Below, piece after piece: positions 42,131 to 53,157 of a stretch of DNA of 64,000 nt (positions within the stretch are counted from its first letter, which is position 1; every line of letters starts with the position of its first letter). Source of the DNA: Prasinococcaceae sp. CCMP 1430 (Eukaryota; Plantae; Prasinodermophyta); contig RQSC01000004.1 in NCBI GenBank assembly GCA_013416795.1, positions 509,554-573,553 of the forward strand, given 5' to 3'. A program made the translations under genes and the position numbers. The notes under the pieces are model-generated. The model had not been told where the DNA came from and searched no databases. It was given only the letters and a program-made list of their open reading frames with translations.

Positions 42131-43322
42131 TTACTGTGTGTGCGTGCAGGACGCCGAGCAGTTTACTGCGAGAGCGGGCGCGTTCGCGAGGGCGGTGGCA
42201 TGGCGCCGTCAGCCGGTGTCGAGCGCGACAGGCCCCATCGGTGGGCGCGCGGCGGCTCCGCGCCGGCGCAGTCTCGGGCGGGGCGCGGCACGCGCTCGCG
42301 TGCACGCTCGTGCACTCTCGCGCTCCAACGGCGCCGCGCGCCGCCCGATCACGTACCATTCCGTAGTCGTCGCCGAAGCAGTAGTCGTCCTCCGACTCGG
42401 ACTCCGGGAAGCACTTCTTGCTGCGCAGGTAGGTGAACGCGCCCGCAAGGCCGGTGTCCTTGAGCTTGATGGGGAAGGTGATGCCCGGCTTGCCCTTCAC
42501 GACGAAGGCGCCCTTGGTCTCGCAAATGCCCGGCAGCACCTCGGTGGCGTCCGGCTCGTTGATGAACGCCACCACGCTCTCAACCCACTCCTTGCAGTTG
42601 ATCTTCTCCACGAGCTCCTTGGGCACGTGCGCAACCACCGCCAGCTGATCGTTCGACGCGCTGAAGATCATCTTGCCGATGTGGCCCGAGCCGCCCTTGC
42701 GCTCCTCCGCGTCGGGCTCGACCTCGACGTTCATGGCGTCCATCGCCATCTGCAGCAGCTCGATGTCGCCCTCGGACTTCTCGAGGGTCGTGCAGAAGAA
42801 CTGGAATGGAGTGTGGCGGACGGGCGGATGGATGGGAGGGTCGGACGCGCGCGCCCGCGGCGATGTCAGCGGCGAGCGAGGGGCGCGCCAAGTGCGGTCC
42901 GCGGGCGGCGCGAGCGCGCTTGGGCGCCGGGCGCGCGCGCGCGCTCGGTACGCACCTCCATGCCCAGCGTCATCTCGGCCGCGCCCGCGATGTCGACGGC
43001 CTTCTTGCCGCCCTCCTTCTTCGCGTCCTTGACCTGCTTGGCGCGCTTCTCCTCAGCCGTGGGCTCCTTCTTCTCCTTCTTGGGGGGGGGCGCCTTCTTC
43101 TCCTTCTTCTCCTTCTTGGGCTGCTCCTTCTTGGGCTGCTCCTTCTTGCCGGCCGCGGCGGGCGCCGATGCGCCGGTCACGCCAGCGGGCGTGCCCGGGA
43201 AGGCCTTGGCAAGCAGCGCGGCGACGTGCGAGTACCAGCGCGCGGCGTTGGGCGTCGCCGACGCGTCGGGCGCGGCGCCGACGGCCACGAAGACGTCGAG
43301 GTCGTCCTGCGAGGCCTGGAAG
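42131..43322 (-). CDS. Protein with EF1B-type (GST-C-like) N-terminal segment, Lys-rich linker and conserved uncharacterised C-terminal domain; exons 43322-42956, 42800-42357, stop TAA 42133-42131; first exon not located
   Basis: FQASQDDLDVFVAV...PNAARWYSHV resembles the EF1-beta N-terminus. Then KEGGKKAVDIAGAAEM..ME|FFCTT...KGGSGHIGKMIFSA. Canonical splice sites. Confidence 0.75.
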
Positions 43323-44457
43323 CTGCGAGGACGTCGCGCCGCGGGGTGTTCGCGGCTCGCCTCGTCAGCGCTTGTGCGCGTGCTTGGCCGAGCGGGCGGG
43401 CCCGCAGGGCGGGAGAGGGTGGGCCGGGGGGGGTCCATGGCGGAGGTCAAGGCCGCCGGCAAGTACCGGCTGGAGTTACGCCCGCGCGCGCCGCGCGGGC
43501 GGCGTCCCCCGCCCTGCAGCGCCGCGGCGCCCTCGAGAGCGCCACCGCACACGCCGATGGCCGCGTCGATCGATGCCCTCGGGAGGTCTCTCTCTCTCTC
43601 GCCGCCTGCTCGCCGTCGGCCGGCGCCGGGCGCAAAGCGCCGCAGCCGCGGAGACGGCGGCTCGGCGGCGGCTGCTGCGACCCGCACAGGCCGCGGCGCC
43701 AAAAGGTGGGGGCATCAGTCGGTCAGATCAGATGATGGATGGCACTGGTACGCACGCACACGGCCGGGGGAGGTTGGGGTGGGGAAGGTCGGGGGGTGGG
43801 TGGGCACCCGACCGACGATCGGCGAGGGCCCTTCGGTCGGAAACCCTCTCTTCTCTCCGGGGCGGGTCGGCGCGTGGGGATGCCAGCGAAGAAACCTCTC
43901 CGCCGTGCGCGTTTCGATCGATCGATCGACTGTGAGGCGCGGACGGCAGGGGGGGCACTTTTTTATTTATTGACGTACTTTCTCGCGAAAATCATCGGGC
44001 GGAGGGCCATCAATGCGCTTTGAAGTGGGATCGCTTTTTTCCTTTTCCCGGGGGGTAGCCGTGGGACGTCACCAAAATCCCTACCAAAAAGCTCTCGCGG
44101 CGCGAAAAGCGCAGGTGCGGGGCCCCCGCAGGGGATCCCAACCAAGCAGATGAAAGAGCGGACGAAATGCGGGTGTGCGGGGGTGGGTTTAGGGGACGAT
44201 ACTGCGAAACGGGTTCGCATTCGGTGGCCATCAATCAAAGGCCATCGATCGATGGATGCTCGTTCATCCGCTGCTCGCGCGGCATCCCCATCCATCCCCA
44301 TGTGGATTGGGGTTCCGCACCGCGTGGCGGCGCCCCGGCGCGCGCGCGCTTCGCGGCGGGCGGCCCCGGGATCGATGGGGGCGCGGGCGCACGGCGCTCC
44401 CGCCCTCGCGCGCTCGCCTGCCCGCTCCCCCCCCCCGCTCCTCCGCGCGCGCTCTCC

Positions 44458-45027
44458 NNNNNNNNNNNNNNNNNNNNNNNNNNNNNNNNNNNNNNNNNNN
44501 NNNNNNNNNNNNNNNNNNNNNNNNNNNNNNNNNNNNNNNNNNNNNNNNNNNNNNNNNNNNNNNNNNNNNNNNNNNNNNNNNNNNNNNNNNNNNNNNNNNN
44601 NNNNNNNNNNNNNNNNNNNNNNNNNNNNNNNNNNNNNNNNNNNNNNNNNNNNNNNNNNNNNNNNNNNNNNNNNNNNNNNNNNNNNNNNNNNNNNNNNNNN
44701 NNNNNNNNNNNNNNNNNNNNNNNNNNNNNNNNNNNNNNNNNNNNNNNNNNNNNNNNNNNNNNNNNNNNNNNNNNNNNNNNNNNNNNNNNNNNNNNNNNNN
44801 NNNNNNNNNNNNNNNNNNNNNNNNNNNNNNNNNNNNNNNNNNNNNNNNNNNNNNNNNNNNNNNNNNNNNNNNNNNNNNNNNNNNNNNNNNNNNNNNNNNN
44901 NNNNNNNNNNNNNNNNNNNNNNNNNNNNNNNNNNNNNNNNNNNNNNNNNNNNNNNNNNNNNNNNNNNNNNNNNNNNNNNNNNNNNNNNNNNNNNNNNNNN
45001 NNNNNNNNNNNNNNNNNNNNNNNNNNN
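44458..45027. other. Assembly gap (N run), probably containing the first RPL36 exon(s)
   Basis: Run of N upstream of the RPL36 last exon. Confidence 0.95.
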
Positions 45028-45394
45028 TCGCTGGGGCGCAGGCCGCGCCTCTGGGGGTTGGGCGCGGCGGGGCAGCCGGACGCGCGCAAGGCGCGCAAGG
45101 CGCGCCGCGCCGTGCGCGCAGCTGCCACGATCGTGCTGGCGACTGCGGTGCTGCGCCGCCATGGCGCGGTTTCCCTCCTCGCAGAGGCTTCCGCCTTGCG
45201 CTCGGGCAGTGTGCCCTGGGGCAGACATGCTGCCGACCATCATCGCGAGTTGGGGAGGGAGGGAGGGGGAGGCGCACGCGCCGCGCCGCCACCCGGCGGG
45301 CTTAGGAGCGCAGCGTGCTGCGCCGCGCGGACTGATGAGCTGACGTCGACGCCCTCGCCCCCGGCGCACGCTCGCTCCCCTCTGCGCCCCACAG

Positions 45395-45607
45395 GTGAAG
45401 GGCAAGCGCGTGGCGTTCGTGCGCTCGCTCGTGCGCGAGGTGTGCGGCCTCGCCCCGTACGAGAAGCGCCTGTGTGAGATGCTCAAGGTCGGCCGCGACA
45501 AGCGCGCGCTGAAGCTCGCCAAGGCCAAGCTCGGCACGCACACACGCGCCAAGCGGAAGCGCGAGGAGATGCAGGCGTACATGCGCTCGCAGAAGCAGAA
45601 GAAGTAA
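45395..45607 (+). CDS. RPL36: 60S ribosomal protein eL36, last exon
   Basis: [55 protein letters not shown]; preceded by GCTGAC branch point and CACAG acceptor. Confidence 0.97.
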   Translation: MKGKRVAFVRSLVREVCGLAPYEKRLCEMLKVGRDKRALKLAKAKLGTHTRAKRKREEMQAYMRSQKQKK

Positions 45608-46363
45608 GCAAACCGCAGGACGGCAGCGGAGCCCGACCTCACTCCTCGTCGCCGTCTCGCGCGCCGATCGCTGCCGCCGCGAGCTCCTCCCCCCCCCTTG
45701 CGTGCACGCGCGCACGCGCACGCGCGCACGCATCTCTCTCGTGACAGGACCGCGCCACTCTCGCCTGCCAGCGCGCCCCCTGCACGCGCCCTTCCCCGTC
45801 CAATTCCTCCCCCCCCCTCCCCTGCCCCCACCCACTCAGGGGTTCCGCCGCCGTGCCCGGGTTCCGCCTGGCCCGGCGGCGCGCCCCCGCTCGAGGCGGC
45901 CTGCGCGTTGACCTGGGCCGCCGGCCCGGAGCGGGAGGCTCCGCCGGCCGCCGCGCGGATCCGGAACCTCCTCTCCCTCTCCCGTCCGACCGAGCCGCAC
46001 GCGCCGCGGCAGCAGAAACCCTGGGACGCATGGACGTAGCGCCGCGCGCGCGCCGCGTCGCCGACAGGAGACGGAGTGGTCATGGCGGGAATTTGATCGA
46101 TTCGGACCGACCGCTGCCTCCTCCTCTGCATCTCTCGCAGCTTGCCACCTCCTCGCTCGTCGGTCAGTGTGGTCGGTGGGCGTCCGCGCGCGCGCGGCCT
46201 CGCGCCCATTTTCCTGTTTGTTTCGGGGGTCGGCGGCGCGCGCGTCGGTCGGAGCGCGCGCGTGCGCCTGGGGAGCGTTTGGGAGGCGCGCGCAGCAGTC
46301 ACTGCGCACTGCGCACCGTCCGTCGCACCGAGCGCGCGGTGCAGGTGGCGCCGGTGGCGCGGG

Positions 46364-46511
46364 NNNNNNNNNNNNNNNNNNNNNNNNNNNNNNNNNNNNN
46401 NNNNNNNNNNNNNNNNNNNNNNNNNNNNNNNNNNNNNNNNNNNNNNNNNNNNNNNNNNNNNNNNNNNNNNNNNNNNNNNNNNNNNNNNNNNNNNNNNNNN
46501 NNNNNNNNNNN
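46364..46511. other. Assembly gap (N run)
   Basis: Run of N. Confidence 1.
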
Positions 46512-46839
46512 CGCATCGGCGGGCCGCGGGTGAAGCCGAGCGCGCGCCCTCCACGGCGCGGCGGAGAGGGGCGGCGGGCGGCCCAGCGCACCACCAGGCG
46601 CAGCGGCAACCGACGCACCCGCAGCGAGGGGCAACCGCGGAGCACGAGCTCCGGCGAACCCCCGAACACCAGCAGCAGCAGGCGCGCGGCTTCGCTGCGA
46701 GCGCGCTGCCCGTCCTGCCGCCCGCGCGACCGCCCCCGCGCTAGCTAGAGGGGCGGGGCAGGCGCGCCGCCGTGCGACGGTGGATTTTTACGATTTTTTG
46801 CACATGTGCTCGAGCGCGCGCGCACGCCCACGTGCCTAC

Positions 46840-49686
46840 TCACTCCAGCAGCGCGGAGAGCGAGCCGTGTTTGCTGATCCTCTCGCACACGACCGCTATG
46901 TGCTTCTTGAGGCGCGCGGTGTCGCGCGGCAGCCCCGAGAGCGCCTGCACGGCGGCGCCCGCCTCGCGCGCGCCCCGCGCGAGCGCCGTCTTGAGCAGGT
47001 GCACCAGCGCCGCATCGGTGGTCTCCTCCCACCCCATTTCCATCGAGTCGAGCACCTCGGGCGTGAGGTATGCCTCGAGAGCGAGCGCCTCGGCATCCGA
47101 CAGCGCAAACTTGAGGCGCATGAGCAGAAGCAGCAGGCGCGTGCCCGCCGCCAGCCGCGCGCCGGCGCTGGCCGTCTCTCTCTGCGCGACCTCCACCTCG
47201 GTGCCCGTCTGAACGAGCCGCGAAAGGGTGTCCTCCAGCAGCGCGTCCAGATGGCCCAGGCTCGAGGGGTTTTTGTCGCGGAAGCGCACCAGCAGGCGGC
47301 GTTGCACGGCTCGCGCGGCCTCGGCGCGCCGCTCGAGCGCCTGCGCGCCGTCCTTGACGTGCGCGCGCCCGTCGTAGTGTGCGTCGACCAGCGCGAAGTA
47401 GTCCTGCAGCGGGAGCGGCTCGCTGAAGCCAATCCGAAAAGGGTCGGCCATGTCGGCGCCCCTCGCGCCACCAAAGTGCTCGAGCAGGCGGCGGGCCAGC
47501 TCTTGCGCCACAAGCGCGATCGCTTCGAAGGTGCGCGCCTGCACGCGGTAGCGCCCGGCGTTCTTGGACACCAGGATGGTGGCCTCGCCGCCGCTGGCGT
47601 ACCGCAGGGTGAGCACGTTGGCGCCGACGGGGCCGCCGCTCACCGCGGGCGAGACGGCCAGCACGTCGGGGAAGAGCTCGGGCAGCGTGGGCGGCGGGCG
47701 GTTGGTGTCGATCGTCACCTTGTACTCGGCCACCTTGACGGGCGGCACCGCCTCGGCCACCAGCGCCAGCGGCAGGGAGAAAGTCACCTTTGAGACCTGC
47801 GGCGCGGAGCCGCCCGGCACTTCGTAGCTGGCCACGACGGTGGCCGCGAGCGTGGCCGGCGGCGCGCCATCGGCGCCGCGCGCAGTGTGCGCGGGGTCCA
47901 CCTCGAACCCCACGGGCACAACCAGGGGCGTGCGCGCGCCGCCGCGCACGTTGCGCAGCTCGAGCGCCTCGCGGCACGGTCGAAGGGGCGCGCCGCAGCG
48001 CACCGTGAGCGTGACGAGCTCGATGGTGCCCACGCCCGCGTAGCTCACAAAGACCTGGGCGGTGGCGCTACGCGACGCGTCGCCGTCGGCGCCCCCCGCC
48101 GCCGCCCAGCCGTCGGCCCCCGCTGCGCCGCCCTCAATGCCCGAGGGCGCCTGCGCGCGCAGCTGCAGGAGCGGCGCGCCTCCCCCCTGCGCGCGCTCAC
48201 CGCCGCCGCCGCCGCCGCCGCCGGAATCGCTCTCGGACGCGCCCGACTCGCGAATTGCCTGCAGCAGCCCGCGGTGCTCCTCGTCCATCTCCTCGTAGTC
48301 CAACTCGCGCCCCTCCACCACCTGCGTGACTGTCTCCGGCGGCCGCGTGCCCAGCGCGCCCACCACGATGCGCCCGTCGCTGTCCATCGTGTAGAGCATG
48401 CCCGCGAGGCCGTCAGCCGGCGCCGCGCGCTCGCGCGCGTGCAGGTCGAATGCGCCCAGCGCCAGCGGCGGCGCGTCGCATTTGGCCGCCCAACACAGCG
48501 ACCCGCCGTGGTACACCATCACCGAGCCGGTGTCGGAGCCCACGACCACGTTGGCGAAGGACTTCCCCCCCGTGTGCGCAGGCACGCAGCGCACGAGCGC
48601 CATCGAGAGCGGCGCGTAGTCCAGCCGGCGCTGCGCGAGCATCGCGCCCGCGTCGCTCAGGAAGAAGAGCGTGCGCTCCCCGAGCACCACCACCACTGAC
48701 GCGTCGCCGACGTCGGCGTGCCCGGGCAGCGCGGCGCCCACCGCCAGCTCCATCACACCCTCGCCCACGTTGGTCGACCAGTCGGCCGTCACTTTCTTGG
48801 TGGATGCGATGCCGCTGTCGCCGCCGTTCGCGTCGGCCCCCACGGCGGTCTGGCCCTCGTCGGCCGACACTAGCTGCGCGTATCTGAAGCCCTGCACCTC
48901 GAACCGCGAGTTGGCAGTGACGAGCGTGTCCGTGCGCTGCGCGTACACGAGCGGCCCCGGCAGCAGGAAGTCGGGCAGGAAGCGGCGGAATGCCGCCACG
49001 TCGCACTCGAACACGCTGAGCTCGCCATCCATCGACTGCACGACGGTGCCATCAAAGTCGCCGCGGCCACCCAGCCGGCCAACGGCGAAGCAGCTAGCGG
49101 AGCGCTCCAGTCTGAGCGGGAGAGCGAGAGCGAGAGAAATGGCCATGGTGGTGGTGGTGTGTGTGTGGTGGTGGTGGGGGGGGGGGGCAAAGGGGTGCGG
49201 ATAGGTCAGGACCAGGCGCGGGCAAGGGCACGCTCTCCATGGCACGCGCGCGCGAACGGCGCGACCGTACCTGTGCTCGTACCGCTTCGTGAGTGTGTAG
49301 AACGCCGCATCGCCGGCGCCGTTGCCACCATCGGCGGGCGCGAGCGCGTACACGACCAGCGAGCGCGGGTGCAGCACGGCGAGCGTGTCGTCGTCCGCAC
49401 CGACAACGAAGCGCCCCGCCTCGAGCTGCAACACGGGGACGCCGAGATCGACCTCGAGCAGCATCTCCTCAACGCGAGTGGCGCCCTCCTCGCCGCTCGA
49501 GCTTGTTTCGAGGGCGCTCGCCGACGCGGGGCGCCACACGCGCAGCATGCCGTCCAGCGAGCCGGACGCGATGCACGCGCCGGCGCGCACGCCGGCGAGC
49601 GCGCCGCAGCAGAGAGCGCCGCACGCGAACTGCTCGCCGGCCGCCGCCGCCGCTGCCCATCGCTCGCGCACGCGGAAGAGGCTCAT
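46840..49686 (-). CDS. BBS9: Bardet-Biedl syndrome 9 (PTHB1), BBSome subunit; intron 49270-49112
   Basis: MSLFRVRERW, GSLDGMLRVW, VQSMDGELSVFE...FLPDFLLPGPLVY, RELDYEEMDEEHRGL, ILVSKNAGRYRVQ, VQRRLLVRFRDKNPSSL, GWEETTDAAL. Confidence 0.95.
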   Translation of the reverse strand: MSLFRVRERWAAAAAAGEQFACGALCCGALAGVRAGACIASGSLDGMLRVWRPASASALETSSSGEEGATRVEEMLLEVDLGVPVLQLEAGRFVVGADDDTLAVLHPRSLVVYALAPADGGNGAGDAAFYTLTKRYEHRYGRAVRARVPWRACPCPRLVLTYPHPFAPPPHHHHTHTTTTMAISLALALPLRLERSASCFAVGRLGGRGDFDGTVVQSMDGELSVFECDVAAFRRFLPDFLLPGPLVYAQRTDTLVTANSRFEVQGFRYAQLVSADEGQTAVGADANGGDSGIASTKKVTADWSTNVGEGVMELAVGAALPGHADVGDASVVVVLGERTLFFLSDAGAMLAQRRLDYAPLSMALVRCVPAHTGGKSFANVVVGSDTGSVMVYHGGSLCWAAKCDAPPLALGAFDLHARERAAPADGLAGMLYTMDSDGRIVVGALGTRPPETVTQVVEGRELDYEEMDEEHRGLLQAIRESGASESDSGGGGGGGGERAQGGGAPLLQLRAQAPSGIEGGAAGADGWAAAGGADGDASRSATAQVFVSYAGVGTIELVTLTVRCGAPLRPCREALELRNVRGGARTPLVVPVGFEVDPAHTARGADGAPPATLAATVVASYEVPGGSAPQVSKVTFSLPLALVAEAVPPVKVAEYKVTIDTNRPPPTLPELFPDVLAVSPAVSGGPVGANVLTLRYASGGEATILVSKNAGRYRVQARTFEAIALVAQELARRLLEHFGGARGADMADPFRIGFSEPLPLQDYFALVDAHYDGRAHVKDGAQALERRAEAARAVQRRLLVRFRDKNPSSLGHLDALLEDTLSRLVQTGTEVEVAQRETASAGARLAAGTRLLLLLMRLKFALSDAEALALEAYLTPEVLDSMEMGWEETTDAALVHLLKTALARGAREAGAAVQALSGLPRDTARLKKHIAVVCERISKHGSLSALLE

Positions 49687-49761
49687 CGAGCCCGCCCGCC
49701 CCACCTACGCCGCAGAGGGCGCTCCGCGCCGCGGATCGGCTGGCTGGTCGCTACCCGCCGG

Positions 49762-49839
49762 NNNNNNNNNNNNNNNNNNNNNNNNNNNNNNNNNNNNNNN
49801 NNNNNNNNNNNNNNNNNNNNNNNNNNNNNNNNNNNNNNN

Positions 49840-49911
<72 letters not shown>
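49762..49911. other. Assembly gap followed by ~70-nt poly-G run (likely sequencing/extension artefact)
   Basis: N 49762-49839, then an uninterrupted G run. Confidence 0.9.
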
Positions 49912-50140
49912 CTGCTGCGGTGGGTGGTGGTCGCGGTGGGTGGGGAAGATTGGAGGCCGCGCGTTTTGGTGGGTGATGTGTGTGGTGGCGGGTGCGCGCG
50001 CGCGTGGGGGGGAGGAGGAGGCGGGGCAGGGGTGAGAACGTGGCGCCGCGGCGGCACAACGCCGCAGCGGGCCGAGGCTGCCGCTGCACACGCACGCCTG
50101 CAGGCGGGCGGGCGGGCGGGCCTCCCCCGCCGGTCCGGTC

Positions 50141-52987
50141 ATGGGCAACGCGCTGTACGTTGAGCGCAGGGGCGCGCCGGCCGTGCGGCGCGCGCAGCTA
50201 GCGACTGGCGTGGCCGCGAAAGGCGGCGGGGACGCGGCTGCAGCGAACGGGGCGGCCGCGGGACTGCGCACGGTGCCGGCCGCCCCCGCGGGCCGGGGGG
50301 GCGCCGCCGCCGTCCCGGGCGCGCTGCTCAGGCTCTACGAGGTGCGCGCGGGCTCGGCTGGCATCACGCCCGAGCCGCTGCCACTCGCCGGGGGGGAGCC
50401 ACTCGCGCTCACTCCCACCTCGGCGTACGTCGCGATCGTGCTGCGCTCGGTGGCGCTCGCCGCTGCCGGCGCGGACGAGGCGGCCGGCGATGTGGTCCTG
50501 TGCGAGGAGCAGGTCGTCGAGGCGATCTCCCCGCGCGGGCTCGCGCGCTCGTTCGTGGGCCGGAGCGTAGTGGCGGCGGACGGGAGCGCCGCGGCGCTCT
50601 CGCCGGACGCGCCCCGTTGCGACTACCGCGTGTACGTGCTCAACGGCGTCCAGTCATCGCCCGTCGCGCGCGCGCTCGCGCTCACCGCGGCGCTGCAGGC
50701 CGAGCGGGAGCTCCTCGCAGCGGGCTCGGTGTGCGCGAGCCTGCTGGGCGTAGCGGGGGCGCCGAGTCTCGACCTCGTCCGGCTGCCCCAGGTCGCCCTG
50801 CATGGCGTCGACTCCATGCTTTGGGACCTCACCGAGCGCAGCGCCGACGCGGGCGCGGACGACCCGGAGGGGAGTGGGGCGGACGGAGGTGCGGCCGTCG
50901 ATATGGACACGGACGGCGAGGGCGCCGCAGGCGACTCGCGCGTCGCATCAGAGTTGGAATCCGCGTCCTCGCCGCACGCACACAGCTCCGGGCTGGCGAT
51001 CCCGCCTCCGAGCGCAGGCGTGCCGAGGCTCGGCCTCTCACTAGGCAGCACGGGCGACGGCGGCGCTCCGGGGCCGCCCTCGCAATCGTCCGCGCCAGCG
51101 GGGGACGACGCGGCGGCGGCGGAGGACGACGATGAGATGAGCGACAGTGCCGAGGACGACAGCGACGGCCTGAGCGACAGCGGCAGCGATGCCGGCGGGA
51201 GCGACCCCTTGCGCGGCGGCGATGCGGGCACCGCGCAGCAAACGGCGGGCGGCGGCCCCGCCGAGCCGCCGCTTGTGTCGAACCGCCCCCCTTCGCTCTC
51301 GCTCAGCCTGGGTCGCGCGGCGCCGCCTGCGCCGGTCCCGCTTGACCTCGGCTCTGTTGGTCGTGGCGGCGCGGAGAAGACCGAGGCGATGCGCAAGAAG
51401 GAGAAGATGGCGCACTTTGCCGGCCACTGCTCCCGCGTTGCCCCTGGACTGCACGTGTCGGGCGAAGCGGTCGCGCGCGACCGCGCTGCCCTCGACGCGT
51501 GCGGCATCACGCACGTGGTGAACTGCGTGGGTTTCGTGTGCCCAGAGTGCCACGCGCCCGACCTGCGATACAAGACCCTGTGGCTCCAGGACACGCCCGA
51601 TGAGGACATCTCGAGCCTCCTGTACGAAGTTTTCGACTTCATCGCGGAGGCGCACGCGGAGGGCGGCACGGTGCTCGTGCACTGCACGCACGGCGTGAGT
51701 CGCTCGGCGAGCTTCGCTATAGGTTATGAGATGTGGCGCACGGGCGCGTCATACGACGACCAATTCAGGGCCGTCAAGGAGCTGCGCGGCGTCGTCAACC
51801 CCAACGTGGGCTTCGCGTGCCAGCTGCTGCAGTGGGGCGGGCGGCGCGAGGGCAAGGAGCCTCCCAGCGCCGCGCGCGCGCGCGTGCTGCGCATCGCGCC
51901 GCACTCCGAGCACGACCCTTTGCTGCTAGTACCCAAAAGCGCAAAGGGCGACGGCACGCTCGACCCGCGTGGGGCGTTCGTGGTGCTCCCGCGGGGTGGC
52001 AGCGCGGTCTACGTGTGGGTTGGCGAGGGCTGCCCGCCGCAATTCGAGGAGGCGGCAGATCTCGCGGCCCAGAGGCTGGTCAAGTACGAGGGCTTGCCCG
52101 CGCCCACAAAGGTGCACCAGGGTGCGAACGAGTCCGAGGACCTCAAGGCGGCGCTGCGGGCGTGGGGCGGCGCGGGCGCCGAGGGCGCCGCGGGGGCAGA
52201 TGCAGCGGGCGCGCGCGCGCGCGCAGAGTGGGACACCGACTTCGAGCTCTTCCGGAAAGGCCTCGAGCGCGGCACGCCCGCCATGCCTGGCTGCGGTGGC
52301 GGCGCCGGCGCTCCGCCACCAAGTGAGGTGCCGCTGTACGCCATGCTCGCGAGCAGACAGCGCAGCGTGGGCAACATGACGGCAGCGGCGGCGGCGCGCG
52401 CGCACGCGCACGCCGGTGTGCCCGCGGCGGACGCGCCACCGGCGCTCGCGCGCACAACTTCTGAGGGCAGCGCCCTCCTGGGTGGTTCGGGCGGCCCGCA
52501 GACGGGCCTGCGCGACTCGGCTCAGCCGCCGTCCGCGCGCCGCAATCTCTCGCTGGGGCATCCGACGGTCTCGGCTGACGGCGGCGAGGGTGCCGTCGCC
52601 GATGGCCGCGCCCGGCGCTGGGGCGGGTCCGAGGCTGGGCCGGGCGCTGAGGAGGCGAGCGCGCCGCACTCGGCGCCCGCGGGCGCGCGCCTGTACACGT
52701 GGCCTGACATGGAGGAGCTCAAAATGTTCGACGGCGACGATCTCGAACCGGGCGGCGTCTTCTTGCTGGTCGCGCCGGTCGGCGGTGACGAAGACGAGGG
52801 TGGCGACGGCACACCGCTGTGCACGGTGTGGGTGGGCGGCGACGCCGACCCAGAGGAGGTCCCGGCAGCTTCGGAGGCCGCCGAGGCGTGCGCTCGCACG
52901 CTCGGCCTCGAACAGGTGCCACGCTCAAGGCTCGTGGAGGACGGGGACGAGCCTGATTCGTTCTGGGAGACCATCGACGGTGCCTGA
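50141..52987 (+). CDS. MKP1: Plant-type MAP kinase phosphatase 1 (dual-specificity phosphatase plus gelsolin-like domains)
   Basis: CSRV...GITHVVNCVGFVCPE...LWLQDTPDEDI, catalytic VHCTHGVSRS, NPNVGFACQLLQ, PHSEHDPLLLVPK, LDPRGAFVV...YVWVG, C-terminal VWVG...EPDSFW. Confidence 0.92.
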   Translation: MGNALYVERRGAPAVRRAQLATGVAAKGGGDAAAANGAAAGLRTVPAAPAGRGGAAAVPGALLRLYEVRAGSAGITPEPLPLAGGEPLALTPTSAYVAIVLRSVALAAAGADEAAGDVVLCEEQVVEAISPRGLARSFVGRSVVAADGSAAALSPDAPRCDYRVYVLNGVQSSPVARALALTAALQAERELLAAGSVCASLLGVAGAPSLDLVRLPQVALHGVDSMLWDLTERSADAGADDPEGSGADGGAAVDMDTDGEGAAGDSRVASELESASSPHAHSSGLAIPPPSAGVPRLGLSLGSTGDGGAPGPPSQSSAPAGDDAAAAEDDDEMSDSAEDDSDGLSDSGSDAGGSDPLRGGDAGTAQQTAGGGPAEPPLVSNRPPSLSLSLGRAAPPAPVPLDLGSVGRGGAEKTEAMRKKEKMAHFAGHCSRVAPGLHVSGEAVARDRAALDACGITHVVNCVGFVCPECHAPDLRYKTLWLQDTPDEDISSLLYEVFDFIAEAHAEGGTVLVHCTHGVSRSASFAIGYEMWRTGASYDDQFRAVKELRGVVNPNVGFACQLLQWGGRREGKEPPSAARARVLRIAPHSEHDPLLLVPKSAKGDGTLDPRGAFVVLPRGGSAVYVWVGEGCPPQFEEAADLAAQRLVKYEGLPAPTKVHQGANESEDLKAALRAWGGAGAEGAAGADAAGARARAEWDTDFELFRKGLERGTPAMPGCGGGAGAPPPSEVPLYAMLASRQRSVGNMTAAAAARAHAHAGVPAADAPPALARTTSEGSALLGGSGGPQTGLRDSAQPPSARRNLSLGHPTVSADGGEGAVADGRARRWGGSEAGPGAEEASAPHSAPAGARLYTWPDMEELKMFDGDDLEPGGVFLLVAPVGGDEDEGGDGTPLCTVWVGGDADPEEVPAASEAAEACARTLGLEQVPRSRLVEDGDEPDSFWETIDGA

Positions 52988-53157
52988 GCGCGAATGCCGC
53001 GAACAGGAGCGCGAGCGCGCGAGCGTGCGCGAGCGTGCGCGTGCGCGAGCCCGGGCGAGCGAGCGGGCGGCGCGGGTGCCTTCCCTGGCTCGGGCGCCGA
53101 TGCGTGGCGCTGGGCGGCGGGATGCCTATTCACCCTATAAAATTACAAACAGTCGAC

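Noticed and set aside
43963-46554. ORFs spanning N gaps
   Set aside because: They are open only because Ns translate as X. The 45800-46740 fragments show no recognisable protein family.
49840-49911. Poly-G as a G-quadruplex regulatory element between BBS9 and MKP1
   Set aside because: It directly abuts an N gap and is typical of a sequencing or extension artefact.
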